16,736 nucleotides of DNA, taken from positions 1-16,736 of the forward strand of contig JBBQRQ010000109.1 in assembly GCA_038214755.1 (NCBI GenBank). The letters are read 5' to 3'. Within the stretch, counting starts at the first letter, position 1. Each line of letters opens with the position of its first letter. The notes beneath the pieces are model-generated. The model had not been told where the DNA came from. It was given only the letters and a program-made list of their open reading frames with translations, and made no database searches. Made by a program: the position numbers and the translations under genes. The stretch is from Verrucomicrobiota bacterium (GTDB lineage: Bacteria > Verrucomicrobiota > Verrucomicrobiia > Limisphaerales > CANJXF01). Positions 1-8,043 of this stretch are shown here, piece by piece.

Positions 1-42
1 GAGCAGTGATTGAGGCAGTTTGTGGCGGCGGATTTTAGGCAT
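1..42 (-). CDS. Partial (5' end only) hypothetical protein, MPKIRRHKLPQSLL..., running off the left edge; possible partner of 35..256
   Basis: ATG at 42 overlaps the stop of the 35..256 ORF (ATGCCTAA), typical of translational coupling; frame stays open to the window edge. Confidence 0.55.
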   Translation of the reverse strand, partial: MPKIRRHKLPQSLL

Positions 43-256
43 GAGACTGGTCGCCGTAGAAACCGCGCACGATCTCTTCTTGCAGCCGATCCGCCTCTTG
101 CGGGTCTTTTGCTTCGACCATTCGTTTGGCTAACTGACCCAGTGCCTCTGGGGTGAGGAGACGGCTTTCTCCGGCCTGCCGGGCAAACTTAATTACCCGC
201 GCCTGTTCATCTTGCGGCAACCGTTTTATCTCTTCGATGATTTCAATCGCTGTCAT
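35..256 (-). CDS. Small helical hypothetical protein (73 aa), antitoxin-like
   Basis: N-terminus MTAIEIIEEIKRLP..EQARV resembles addiction-module antitoxin starts; has its own promoter and a coupled downstream ORF. Confidence 0.7.
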   Translation of the reverse strand: MTAIEIIEEIKRLPQDEQARVIKFARQAGESRLLTPEALGQLAKRMVEAKDPQEADRLQEEIVRGFYGDQSHA

Positions 257-262
257 GCAATC

Positions 263-291
263 AGATTACCGATCCCAACGTCCAGGCGCAA
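263..291 (-). promoter_or_regulatory. Putative sigma70 promoter (leaderless) for 35..256
   Basis: Minus strand TTGCGC-17 nt-TAATCT, then 6 nt, then ATG(256). Confidence 0.5.
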
Positions 292-296
292 GCGGC

Positions 297-467
297 TCAA
301 TGATTGTCTCCTTTCATCTGGTCAACGAAATCGCCACCGCTCAAGCGGGCGTGAAGTTGTCGCACTGCTTGAGCTTGCCTGATGGGATTCTTCTGGCCAT
401 TGCTGGTCGCCGCGAAAATCTCGCTCAACAAGGACGGCTTGGAATCGTTATTATTTTTCCGTTCCAT
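297..467 (-). CDS. Possible small hypothetical protein (56 aa, MERKNNNDSKPSLL...)
   Basis: Internal ATG at 467 of the 297..545 ORF; lies just after the 500..1099 stop in the same orientation; no recognisable motif. Confidence 0.3.
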   Translation of the reverse strand: MERKNNNDSKPSLLSEIFAATSNGQKNPIRQAQAVRQLHARLSGGDFVDQMKGDNH

Positions 468-499
468 GTCTGTAGATTTGTCACTGGCATTGAGCCGCG

Positions 500-1099
500 T
501 TAATGGCGAGCGCGTTTTCGGCTCGCCGTTTTCGCGACGGCGCATTGGATCGCTTGCAAGATGCTCATGATGGAAACGGTGAAAAGAGGCATTGCCAACA
601 CATACATGGCGGCGAGGAGCAGACGACGTTGCGTCAATGATTCTCGCGTCCAGAGTTTCTCGACCTGGCCGGCCACGTGCATGATTAAATTTGCCGGGGA
701 CAGATTCGGATTCTGCTCGTGATACTCCCGTCCGTAAGCCGTGTAGGTCTCTCCGATGACGACGCGTTGGTTATTATATTCCGCCGTCCAGCGAGCGGCG
801 CAGAGTTGATAGCCGAAGAACATGGCAGAGCCGAGCAGCAGAAAAATGACTGCGGCTGCTCCCCAAAGAAACGAATCCTTTTTGCTTTTCCACCGCATCG
901 CCGCCAGCAGCACCAAGCCGATTACAACGGTGATGACGAACTGCGCAAAGCGAACATAAACGCGGCTTTCCTCCGCTGCGCCAACCGGCGGCGGCACGAG
1001 AAATCCCGCCAACACACCCACCACCCACGCGGCAGTTTGGGCGAGGAGCACCCATGATTTGTGCGAACGCTTGAGAATTTCCTGAGCAGGATTGCCCAT
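500..1099 (-). CDS. Hypothetical integral membrane protein (199 aa, about 4 TM helices)
   Basis: Hydrophobic stretches WVVGVLAGFLV, FVITVVIGLVLLAAM, LWGAAAVIFLLLGSAMFFG and LLLAAMYVLAMPLFTVSIMSIL; polar loop between TM3 and TM4; 11 nt gap to the upstream gene. Confidence 0.85.
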   Translation of the reverse strand: MGNPAQEILKRSHKSWVLLAQTAAWVVGVLAGFLVPPPVGAAEESRVYVRFAQFVITVVIGLVLLAAMRWKSKKDSFLWGAAAVIFLLLGSAMFFGYQLCAARWTAEYNNQRVVIGETYTAYGREYHEQNPNLSPANLIMHVAGQVEKLWTRESLTQRRLLLAAMYVLAMPLFTVSIMSILQAIQCAVAKTASRKRARH

Positions 1100-1110
1100 A
1101 GCCGGCGGAG

Positions 1111-1878
1111 TTATTTCGGACTCTCCAATTTAGAAAAAACCAGAAGGTCCACCTCCAGTTCCGTTTCCCCGTGACCGCCGATGATCTGGGTGACGGGTTC
1201 TATTTTTTCTTTTCCTTTCTCCAGCCACATCACGTAACAGCCGGGCGCCATATTTTTCAGAACGGTGGGGCTGCTGATTTTTGGAAAACGTTTGTGCTCA
1301 TTCTTGAACTTGAATAACGCAATAGGCGAACACCAGACCTCGTAACCGGGAATTTCCTCCGTCCCTTTTTTTGTGCGGACTTTCACATTGATTTCCTTGC
1401 CCAGGCCATCGGCGGAGTGGCGGCAATTCTCGGCCTTGGCGTGCAAGTCGGCGGCCACGTCTTTCACGGTTTGCACAATTATTTCATCACTGTTCTTATG
1501 CAAATCTTTCAATTGTTTTTGCGCTCCTTGCAGCGCGTGAAAATAGAGATCGAGTTTTATATCGCTGGCGTAGGGAGTGGAGCGAGGCTGTCGCTGCGCC
1601 CAGTCCAGCCATTTTTGTTGCAAAAATTTGGCGTCGTTTTGAATCTGTTGGAGCGGCTCGCGCGTTTGGGGGAGACGGTCGCCGTGGCTTTTCTCAAGTT
1701 TCTCTGCGTAAGATTTGATCCAGCCGAGGGAGCGATGGAATTCAAGCACCGTGTCTGAAACCAATCCGGACTCTTTTCGGAACCCGGGCTTCGGATAAGC
1801 GCCAGGGGAAGGTTGGGAACAGGCGGGCCACGACGTTAGAATTATCGCCGACGAAATAATTATCATTCGTTGGAACAT
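1111..1878 (-). CDS. Hypothetical secreted protein (255 aa)
   Basis: Start at MFQRMIIISSAIILTSWPACS gives a signal-peptide-like N-terminus; helical middle and beta-rich C-terminus; upstream TTGCGC-17-AAAACT lies 7 nt before this ATG. Confidence 0.8.
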   Translation of the reverse strand: MFQRMIIISSAIILTSWPACSQPSPGAYPKPGFRKESGLVSDTVLEFHRSLGWIKSYAEKLEKSHGDRLPQTREPLQQIQNDAKFLQQKWLDWAQRQPRSTPYASDIKLDLYFHALQGAQKQLKDLHKNSDEIIVQTVKDVAADLHAKAENCRHSADGLGKEINVKVRTKKGTEEIPGYEVWCSPIALFKFKNEHKRFPKISSPTVLKNMAPGCYVMWLEKGKEKIEPVTQIIGGHGETELEVDLLVFSKLESPK

Positions 1879-1971
1879 GGCTCTTAGTTTTGCGCCGGAG
1901 CATCGGCAGCGCAATCTTAGATCTGCGCGTTCCCTGGATTCAGATTCCTTCAACAGTCAAATAGTGGTGCA

Positions 1972-2069
1972 GGTAGGAGCGCGAACGTTCCGTCCGCGCG
2001 TTTCAACACGGGGGGAAAACCTCGACGTTTTAGCCCTCTCGATTCGCGTGGAGGAGAATGTCCGCTCCT
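1972..2069. repeat. Degenerate REP-like inverted pair (GTAGGAGCGCG...CGCTCCT)
   Basis: aggagcgcgaacgttccgtccgcgcg near 1975 and its imperfect inverse cgcgtggaggagaatgtccgctcct near 2045-2069. Confidence 0.5.
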
Positions 2070-2075
2070 TTGCAT

Positions 2076-2152
2076 TTGGGCAACACGCCCTCCAGACCGT
2101 GTCCATTCACGCGGGCAGGATGCCCGGGAGACAGGCTGGAAGCCTGCCCCAC
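2076..2152. repeat. REP-like element with arm GACAGGCTGGAAGCCTGCCCCAC
   Basis: Hairpins cgggc-agga-tgcccg and caggct-gga-agcctg ending in CCAC (GTGG foot on the minus strand); left arm degenerate. Confidence 0.6.
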
Positions 2153-2184
2153 TATTTGGCCCAGCTTTGGCAGCCTCAAAAGAC

Positions 2185-3789
2185 TCAGCTATTTACAACA
2201 CCCTCGCAGTCGTCTCGCGTCAATAGGTTGTCCACCAGTCGCCAGATGTTTCGGGCATTTTTATTTTGCAATTCGACGGGCAACGTGGCGTCCGGAAAAT
2301 TTTGAAAACAAATCGGCCGCGCGAATCGTTTGATGGCGGCCGCCCCGACCGAGGTGGCGCGGGAGTCAGTCGTGGCCGGATACGGCCCGCCGTGATGCAT
2401 GGAGGCGCAGACTTCGACGCCGGTCGGAAAATTATTGAAAAGCAGCCGCCCAACTTTTTGTTCGAGCAGCGAAATTAAATTTCGATGCGCGACCAAATCT
2501 TCCTCGGTCGCGAATAAGGTAGCGGTGAGTTGACCTGACATGGTCCGCGCGATTAGTTCGAGTTGATTGTCGGAGTCGCAGGCGACGACGAGAGTGGACG
2601 GGCCGAACATTTCTTCGTGAAGCGTTTCGTGTTTTAAAAAAGTTTTGGCATCAGTGGCAAAGACCATGGCCGGGACTGTTTTCGGGTTTGAAATGTTGCC
2701 GGATTTTCCAGCGACACGGACTCCCGGAATTTTTTGAAACGCTTCGGCTCTCTCGTGAAACCGTTGGCGAATGGATTCGTAAAGCATTGTGCCCGGCTCG
2801 ATCTTCGAGGCGAAGGCCACCGCTTTTTCCAAAAAGGTTTGGAGTTGGGCATCGTCTTTTCCAATGACCAAACCGGGATTGGTGCAGAATTGGCCGACAC
2901 CCATCGCGACGGATTGCATCAATCCTTCCGCGATGGACGCGCCATTTTTTTCCAGAGCGCTCGGCAAAATAAATATCGGATTCACACTGCCCATTTCGGC
3001 GTAAACGGGAATGGGTTCGGGACGAGCGGCGGCGGCATCGAACAACGCGCGCCCGGCTTTGAGCGAGCCGGTGAACCCGACGGCTTTCGCGGCAGGGTGT
3101 CGCACCACTTGAAGTCCGACCTCGTGACTCGCTCCCTGCAAAAGAGAAAAAACTCCGGCAGGAATTCCGGCGGATTCGGCTGCGCGTGTGATCGCGCCCG
3201 CGACGAGTTCCGAAGTTCCAGGATGGGCTGGATGGGCTTTGACAACCACCGGATTTCCCGAAGCGAGAGCAGACATGGTGTCGCCGCCCGCCACTGAAAA
3301 CGCCAACGGAAAATTACTCGCGCCAAAAACGATCACAGGTCCCAGGGGAATTAACATTCGGCGCAGGTCGGGCTTTGGCATCGGTTTTCGGTCAGGCTGC
3401 GCGCGGTCAATGCTCGCTTGAACCCATGAACCTTCCCGCACCAGTTCGGCGAACATTTTAATCTGGGCCACCGTTCGCGCCCGTTCGCCCAGCAAGCGTG
3501 GCTCGGGCAAAGCGGTTTCGGCATTGGCGCGCTGGATCAGCCCATCGCCGAGTTGCAAAATTTCCCCGGCAATTTTTTCGAGAAAGTTTGCGATCTTTTC
3601 CGCAGGCTCTTTTCGATAAATTTGAAAGGCGGTTTGCGCCAGAGAAAGCGCTTGATCGATTTCCGAGGGAGAAGTTTCGCAAAAATCGGGAGACAATTTT
3701 TCGCCAGTGACCGGATTGATTGCCGCAAAAAAACTTTTGCCGTGCGCGGAAAGTTTTCCGCCGATGATGTTTTTTCCGTGCAATTCCAC
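2185..3789 (-). CDS. NADP-dependent aldehyde dehydrogenase, alpha-ketoglutaric semialdehyde dehydrogenase (KGSADH)-like (534 aa)
   Basis: Motifs GPVIVFGASNFPLAFS, VKAHPAHP, GFTGS, AEMGSVNP, catalytic GQFCTNPG and EEMFGP; GTG start (VELHGKNIIGG) chosen by family N-terminus. Confidence 0.93.
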   Translation of the reverse strand: MELHGKNIIGGKLSAHGKSFFAAINPVTGEKLSPDFCETSPSEIDQALSLAQTAFQIYRKEPAEKIANFLEKIAGEILQLGDGLIQRANAETALPEPRLLGERARTVAQIKMFAELVREGSWVQASIDRAQPDRKPMPKPDLRRMLIPLGPVIVFGASNFPLAFSVAGGDTMSALASGNPVVVKAHPAHPGTSELVAGAITRAAESAGIPAGVFSLLQGASHEVGLQVVRHPAAKAVGFTGSLKAGRALFDAAAARPEPIPVYAEMGSVNPIFILPSALEKNGASIAEGLMQSVAMGVGQFCTNPGLVIGKDDAQLQTFLEKAVAFASKIEPGTMLYESIRQRFHERAEAFQKIPGVRVAGKSGNISNPKTVPAMVFATDAKTFLKHETLHEEMFGPSTLVVACDSDNQLELIARTMSGQLTATLFATEEDLVAHRNLISLLEQKVGRLLFNNFPTGVEVCASMHHGGPYPATTDSRATSVGAAAIKRFARPICFQNFPDATLPVELQNKNARNIWRLVDNLLTRDDCEGVVNS

Positions 3790-3901
3790 CGGAACAATTA
3801 GTCGGAAAGCCTGTGGCGAAATCAATCTGCAAATTTTTTGCGGAGGATAATCCAACCACCAAGGCGTCAACGCAGCGAAGCCGCCGCACAATGACTTCCC
3901 G

Positions 3902-3995
3902 TTTTAACGCAGAGGTCGCAAAGGTTCTCGCAGAGGCACGCAGAAAAAAGACCTTTGCGCCCTCTGCGAAAACCTCCGCTCCCTCTGCATTGAAA
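3902..3995. repeat. Palindromic element built from CGCAGAG/CGCAAAG sub-repeats
   Basis: ttttaacgcagagg...cgcaaagg...cgcagagg pairs with cctttgcg..cctctgcg..cctctgcattgaaa. Confidence 0.8.
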
Positions 3996-4015
3996 TGTCC
4001 TGGCTCCTTCTCCGT

Positions 4016-4168
4016 GGGCGCATCTCAATTTCCTGCAAAATAACGGAACGCCGATCTCCTGATCGGCTCGCCGAAAATGGAGAGCGTTCCAATGCCGATC
4101 AGGAGATCGGCGTTCCGTTGCCACCTCTTGCCGAAGATTTGAAACCTGCAATTTAGTGAGATGCGCTC
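4016..4168. mobile_element. MITE-like element: 12-bp TIRs, 9-bp target-site duplication, internal 26-bp inverted repeat
   Basis: TIRs GGGCGCATCTCA (4016-4027) and TGAGATGCGCTC (4157-4168); CTTCTCCGT at 4007-4015 and 4169-4177; perfect internal IR 4042-4067 / 4094-4119. Confidence 0.75.
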
Positions 4169-4242
4169 CTTCTCCGTGAGCGCCGCGTTTCTCAGTCGAA
4201 CTGATCGGCGGAAACATTAAAGTGAATCAGGCGTTGTTCAGA

Positions 4243-4272
4243 TTGCCATTACGCGTCGGGCTTTTTTATTAT
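4243..4272 (+). promoter_or_regulatory. Putative sigma70 promoter for the DUF748-like gene
   Basis: TTGCCA-18 nt-TATTAT, then 9 nt to ATG 4282. Confidence 0.45.
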
Positions 4273-4281
4273 CCAAAAACT

Positions 4282-5349
4282 ATGACGCGGTGGACGAAGA
4301 AATTAAAATCGCGATGGCATCGTTTATCGCGGATCACGCAGGCCGTCATTTTGGGGATGGCGCTGTTGCTGATCGCTTTTCGCCTCGCACTTCCGTCTCT
4401 GGTCGAGCGTTACGTAAATCGAAAACTCAGCGAATTGCCCTCTTACAACGGTCACATCGGCGAGGTGGACATCCATTTGTATCGCGGCGCCTATTCCATT
4501 CATCACATCGAGGTCGTGAAAAAAACCGGGCAGGTTTCCGTCCCTTTTTTTTCAGCGCGCGCCGTTGATTTTTAACGAGGGAAAACTCCATTTCGTCAAA
4601 GGCCCCACCGAAGAAACCAGCCAAACCAAAATGGATAAAGACTGGACCAAACTGGTGCAGGATTTGTTTCCGTTTAAAATCAATCGGTTCAGTTTTATCA
4701 ACAGCGAGGTTTGGTTTGGCGATGTCACCACGCAACCCAAAGTCGATGTGTTCATTACCAACATGTTTTTAGTGGGAACAAATTTTACAACAGCCGCCAG
4801 GTTTCCACCAACTTGCCCGCCGGACTTTTTGTGCAAGGGCGCAGTCTTGGAAATGGCGCGTTGAAAGTTCAGATGGATCTCAATCCCTTTGCGACGAGAC
4901 CAACTTTCACTCTGGCTGCCGAACTGCGCGAAATGGATTTAGTCGCGCTAAACGAGATGCTCAACGCCTACGCCAAAGTGGACGTGTCCAAAGGGCGCAT
5001 GAGTATTTTTTCGGAGGTCGCGGCGCATGATGGAAATTTTGAAGGCTACGTCACGCCGCTGCTGGAAGACATAAAACTTCTCGATTTAAAAAAGGACAAA
5101 AACCCGGTGAAGTTGGTTTGGGAATCGTTCGCGGCGGCGCTAGTCCATTTATTTAAAAATCACCCCAAGGATCGGTTCGGCACAAAAATTCCGATTCACG
5201 GCTCGTTTGATAATCCGCAGGTCAGCGTCTGGGCTGCCTTCGCCAATGTCTTCCATAATTTTATCAGCGCATTTCCCTCTGCTGTCGAAGGAAGCATCAC
5301 TCCGGAGAACTTGAACAAGATGCAGGAAAAAAATCCCCGAAAAAAGTGA
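4282..5349 (+). pseudogene. DUF748-like (AsmA-related) envelope protein, split into three frames
   Basis: Three consecutive ORF pieces (4282-4575, 4565-4864, 4711-5349) carry successive parts of one protein (TM anchor + YNGHIGEVDIHLYRGAY; LHFVKG..LFPFKINRF; LNPFATRPTF..GNFEGYVTPL..GTKIPIHGSF); breaks near 4570 and 4790; could be assembly errors. Confidence 0.75.
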
Positions 5350-5353
5350 ACGG

Positions 5354-5438
5354 GGAGCGAAGATCAGCCGAAGCGGGTTTCGAGCGTGGTGTTTTACGAA
5401 GCCGCTGCGGCTGGTCGAGGACGACACAGCCGCGCTCC
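5354..5438. repeat. REP-like inverted pair (GGAGCG...CTGCGGCTGGTCGAGGACGACACAGCCGCGCTCC)
   Basis: ggagcg/cgctcc termini; gatcagccgaagcgg pairs imperfectly with ccgctgcggctggtc; lies between the convergent DUF748 gene and tRNA. Confidence 0.6.
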
Positions 5439-5491
5439 ACAAATTGTTAATCACGACCCTTCGATTCAGCAGTGCGGTCGAGAATGGAGAG

Positions 5492-5567
5492 TGGTGGGCC
5501 CGCTCGGATTTGAACCGAGGACCAAGCGATTATGAGTCGCCTGCTCTAACCGCTGAGCTACGGGCCC
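5492..5567 (-). tRNA. tRNA-Ile2 (CAU anticodon, lysidine-modified type)
   Basis: Minus strand GGGCCCGTAGCTCAGCGGTTAGAGCAGGCGACTCATAATCGCTTGGTCCTCGGTTCAAATCCGAGCGGGCCCACCA, 76 nt with encoded CCA; anticodon arm GGCGACT-CAT-AATCGCT matches the E. coli ileX type. Confidence 0.92.
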
Positions 5568-5915
5568 GCTGGTTTTAAAATAAAGTCTTTCTCGAGAGTT
5601 CAACAATAACGAATTTATTCTTCACTTCGTAAAATTTTTTCCGCAACTCCCTCCTTCGCGAAAGCGAAGATGCGATGGCGCAAATCCAACACGGATCGCA
5701 ACAGCGTTGGAGAACGCGACAAATTTTTTGAGAAAGATTTTTGCGACCGGGCGAGAGCCGTTCCGCACCTGCTGGTTCAACGAATTCCCGACGCAATATT
5801 TTTATTTGGTCCCCCGATGTGAAAACGTCTTTGTTGCTCTAAAATAAAAAAAATCATTTTTTGCGAAAGAGGCTTGCAGTCAATTTTCCCGTACGTAACC
5901 TCGGGGTTTTCCATT

Positions 5916-6323
5916 ATGAAGTTTCGCATCTTGTTTTTTTTGTTGCTGGTAATGATTGACACTGGTTCCGCCAGCTCCCCCGAATCGCCGCCTGGCCGTC
6001 CTGCGCTCATCCTGCTTTGGGATTGGCCGCTCAACGAAGTGATGGAAGATATTAGTTTTAATTTTTTGATGAAAACGAATCTGAGCGAGCCGAAGTGGAA
6101 AAAATTCAAAACGGTTTCCGCGTGGGATTGCCTCGGAGAGTATGCTTCGGTGGAGACCAGAGAAGTGACGAAGGTCGTTATTGAGGAGGACGGGACGGAG
6201 ACTTATTCAGTGGAATGGGTGTTATATATCAATGGCTTGTCCGCAAGTTTGCCCACGGGAAGTGACAAGGCTTTTTTTGTCATGTCCTATTCCAAGGAAG
6301 GCGTTGAATCGGATATTTTTTAG
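5916..6323 (+). CDS. Hypothetical secreted protein (135 aa), possibly a single FN3-like beta-sandwich
   Basis: Signal peptide MKFRILFFLLLVMIDTGSA; motifs LLWDWP...KTNL...W...AFFVMSYSKEGVESD. Confidence 0.6.
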   Translation: MKFRILFFLLLVMIDTGSASSPESPPGRPALILLWDWPLNEVMEDISFNFLMKTNLSEPKWKKFKTVSAWDCLGEYASVETREVTKVVIEEDGTETYSVEWVLYINGLSASLPTGSDKAFFVMSYSKEGVESDIF

Positions 6324-6359
6324 GTGAGCCACTAATTTTCCAGCCAGGAATCTCTCCGA

Positions 6360-7745
6360 TCAATTACTCAATTCATTCTCTAAATACTCGCGCGGGTCAG
6401 TGATTTTTCCAGTCAGCGCGCTGGCGGCGACGGTGCTTGGTGAAGCGAGAAAAACCTGCGACTCCTTGTGTCCCATGCGCCCGGGAAAATTCCGGTTGGT
6501 CGCGCTGATACATTTCATCGGCGAATTCATCCGGCCAAAAGTATCGACCGGCCCGCCGAGACACGCGGCGCATCCGGCGTTCTCCGTCATCTGCACTCCG
6601 GCATCGACGAGAATTTGCCAGACGGTTTTGTCGCCCCAACGCGCCGTTTGCAAATCGCGCACGATCTCCGGCGTGGCGGGAACTCCGAACGTGTCGATGA
6701 CCACTTTTTTTCCACGCAACACCCTGGCAAATTCCAGGAAGTCGCTCGTCTTTCCACCAGTGCAGGAACCGACGTAAGCGCGATCGAGTTTTACGTGGGA
6801 AAGTTCCTTCGCGGTTTTGCGCTGACCCGGATCGGGATGACAGGCGACGGTCGGTTCGAGTTTGGAAAGATCAACCACTTTTTCGTAAATGAATTTCTCA
6901 TCACCGTCGCGCTCGACTGGTTCGTAAGTCGATTTTGTCCCGTTCACCTTGCAGCGATAATCGACCGCCGCTTTGGTCTGTTCATCGAATTCAAAAATCC
7001 CATTTTTTCCGCCCGCTTCAATCGCCATGTTCGCGATGGTCATGCGATCATCCATCGACAAATGAGGAAGGGCCGAGCCGTCGAATTGCATGGCTCGATA
7101 CGTCGCGCCGTCGAAACCAATTTCGCCGATGCAATGCAAAATAATATCCTTGGCCATCACGCCGGGTTGCAATTTTCCTTCGAGACGAAAGTGCATTGTC
7201 TCGGGAACTTTGATGAGAAGTTTTCCTGTGCCCATGACAAAGCCGGCGTCGGTGTTGCCGATGCCCGTGGCGAATTCGTTGAACGCGCCGGCCATGCAGG
7301 TGTGCGAATCGGTCCCGAATAAAATTTCGCCAGGGCGCGTGTGGCCTTTTTGCGGAAGGGCGGTGTGACAAACTCCCGCGTAATTCGAGCCGTATTGTTT
7401 ATTGAGCAAACCTTTTTTTGGATCGAAAATCCAATGGCCGTTTGGATCGTCGATCACGTCGTAAAAATACGGCAAGCCCTGCTCTCTCACGAAGTCTCGC
7501 AGAATATCGACGTTGCGATTGGATTTTGAATCCGCCGTGAAAATGTAGTGATCGGGAATGATGACCACTTTATTTTTGTCCCAGACTTTCGCGTCTTTGC
7601 CAAATTCACGTTTGAAAACGCCGATGGTTCCCGGCCCGCAAACGTCGTGCGTCATTAAAATATCCGCGTTGACCCAGAGGTTGTCTCCGGCCTCAGCGCG
7701 GGATTTTCCGGCGGCGCGCGCTAAAATTTTTTCGGTCAATGTCAT
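6360..7745 (-). CDS. leuC: 3-isopropylmalate dehydratase large subunit (aconitase family), plant/Chlorobi-like type, 461 aa
   Basis: MTLTEKILA start; motifs THDVCGP, IPDHY, GTDSHTC, [4Fe-4S] ligands GSCTGG and CAACLG, TNRNFPGRMG. The ORF-track extension to 8273 is translated repeat DNA. Homoaconitase-like specificity not excluded. Confidence 0.9.
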   Translation of the reverse strand: MTLTEKILARAAGKSRAEAGDNLWVNADILMTHDVCGPGTIGVFKREFGKDAKVWDKNKVVIIPDHYIFTADSKSNRNVDILRDFVREQGLPYFYDVIDDPNGHWIFDPKKGLLNKQYGSNYAGVCHTALPQKGHTRPGEILFGTDSHTCMAGAFNEFATGIGNTDAGFVMGTGKLLIKVPETMHFRLEGKLQPGVMAKDIILHCIGEIGFDGATYRAMQFDGSALPHLSMDDRMTIANMAIEAGGKNGIFEFDEQTKAAVDYRCKVNGTKSTYEPVERDGDEKFIYEKVVDLSKLEPTVACHPDPGQRKTAKELSHVKLDRAYVGSCTGGKTSDFLEFARVLRGKKVVIDTFGVPATPEIVRDLQTARWGDKTVWQILVDAGVQMTENAGCAACLGGPVDTFGRMNSPMKCISATNRNFPGRMGHKESQVFLASPSTVAASALTGKITDPREYLENELSN

Positions 7746-7755
7746 AAAGTGAGGG

Positions 7756-7784
7756 AACGTAACGGACGACCTGTCAGAGGGCAA
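7756..7784 (-). promoter_or_regulatory. Putative sigma70 promoter of leuC
   Basis: Minus strand TTGCCC-17 nt-TACGTT, then 10 nt to ATG 7745. Confidence 0.5.
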
Positions 7785-7838
7785 TCGTCTTGTCGCGCCA
7801 AACGAGAACGTGGGCGCATCTGGACACGACCACCACGG

Positions 7839-7918
7839 CAGGGCGGAATGGCCGCTCCGCCCAAGCTCGTGCAAGGACGAACGAAGCGAAGTCAGGGCAG
7901 AGTGGCCGCTCTGCCCCA
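7839..7918. repeat. Two tandem hairpin repeats (54-nt period)
   Basis: cagggcggaatggccgctccgcccaa (7839-7864) and cagggcagagtggccgctctgcccca (7893-7918), with a compensatory G-C/A-T stem change. Confidence 0.7.
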
Positions 7919-7984
7919 CCTTCGTCACGCGATGGAGAAAGTGCGCAAATTGAAGAAGCTTCCCGGCTTTTCCACCGTGCAGCC

Positions 7985-8013
7985 AAAGCGGGGACGTGCC
8001 CCCGCAGTCCAAA
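7985..8013. repeat. Single REP-like arm AAAGCGGGGACGTGCCCCCGCAGTCCAAA
   Basis: gcgggg...ccccgc hairpin followed by agtccaaa (TTGGACTGCGG on the minus strand). Confidence 0.5.
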
Positions 8014-8043
8014 ATGGGATCGCTTCCAACCTGACCCACTTTT

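Noticed and set aside
3790..3891. N-terminal extension of the aldehyde dehydrogenase
   Set aside because: Family similarity begins at GTG 3789; the upstream residues are not ALDH-like
4555..4580. Programmed frameshift in the DUF748-like gene
   Set aside because: Coding sequence appears to be missing at the junction and a second break exists; decay or error is simpler
5492..5567. tRNA as an integration site, or as tRNA-Met
   Set aside because: No integrase or duplicated tRNA 3' end seen in the window; the sequence matches the Ile2 type and lacks initiator features
7839..7918. Possible mini-CRISPR (two ~26-nt repeats, 28-nt spacer)
   Set aside because: Only two non-identical copies, no cas genes or leader; better explained as REP hairpins
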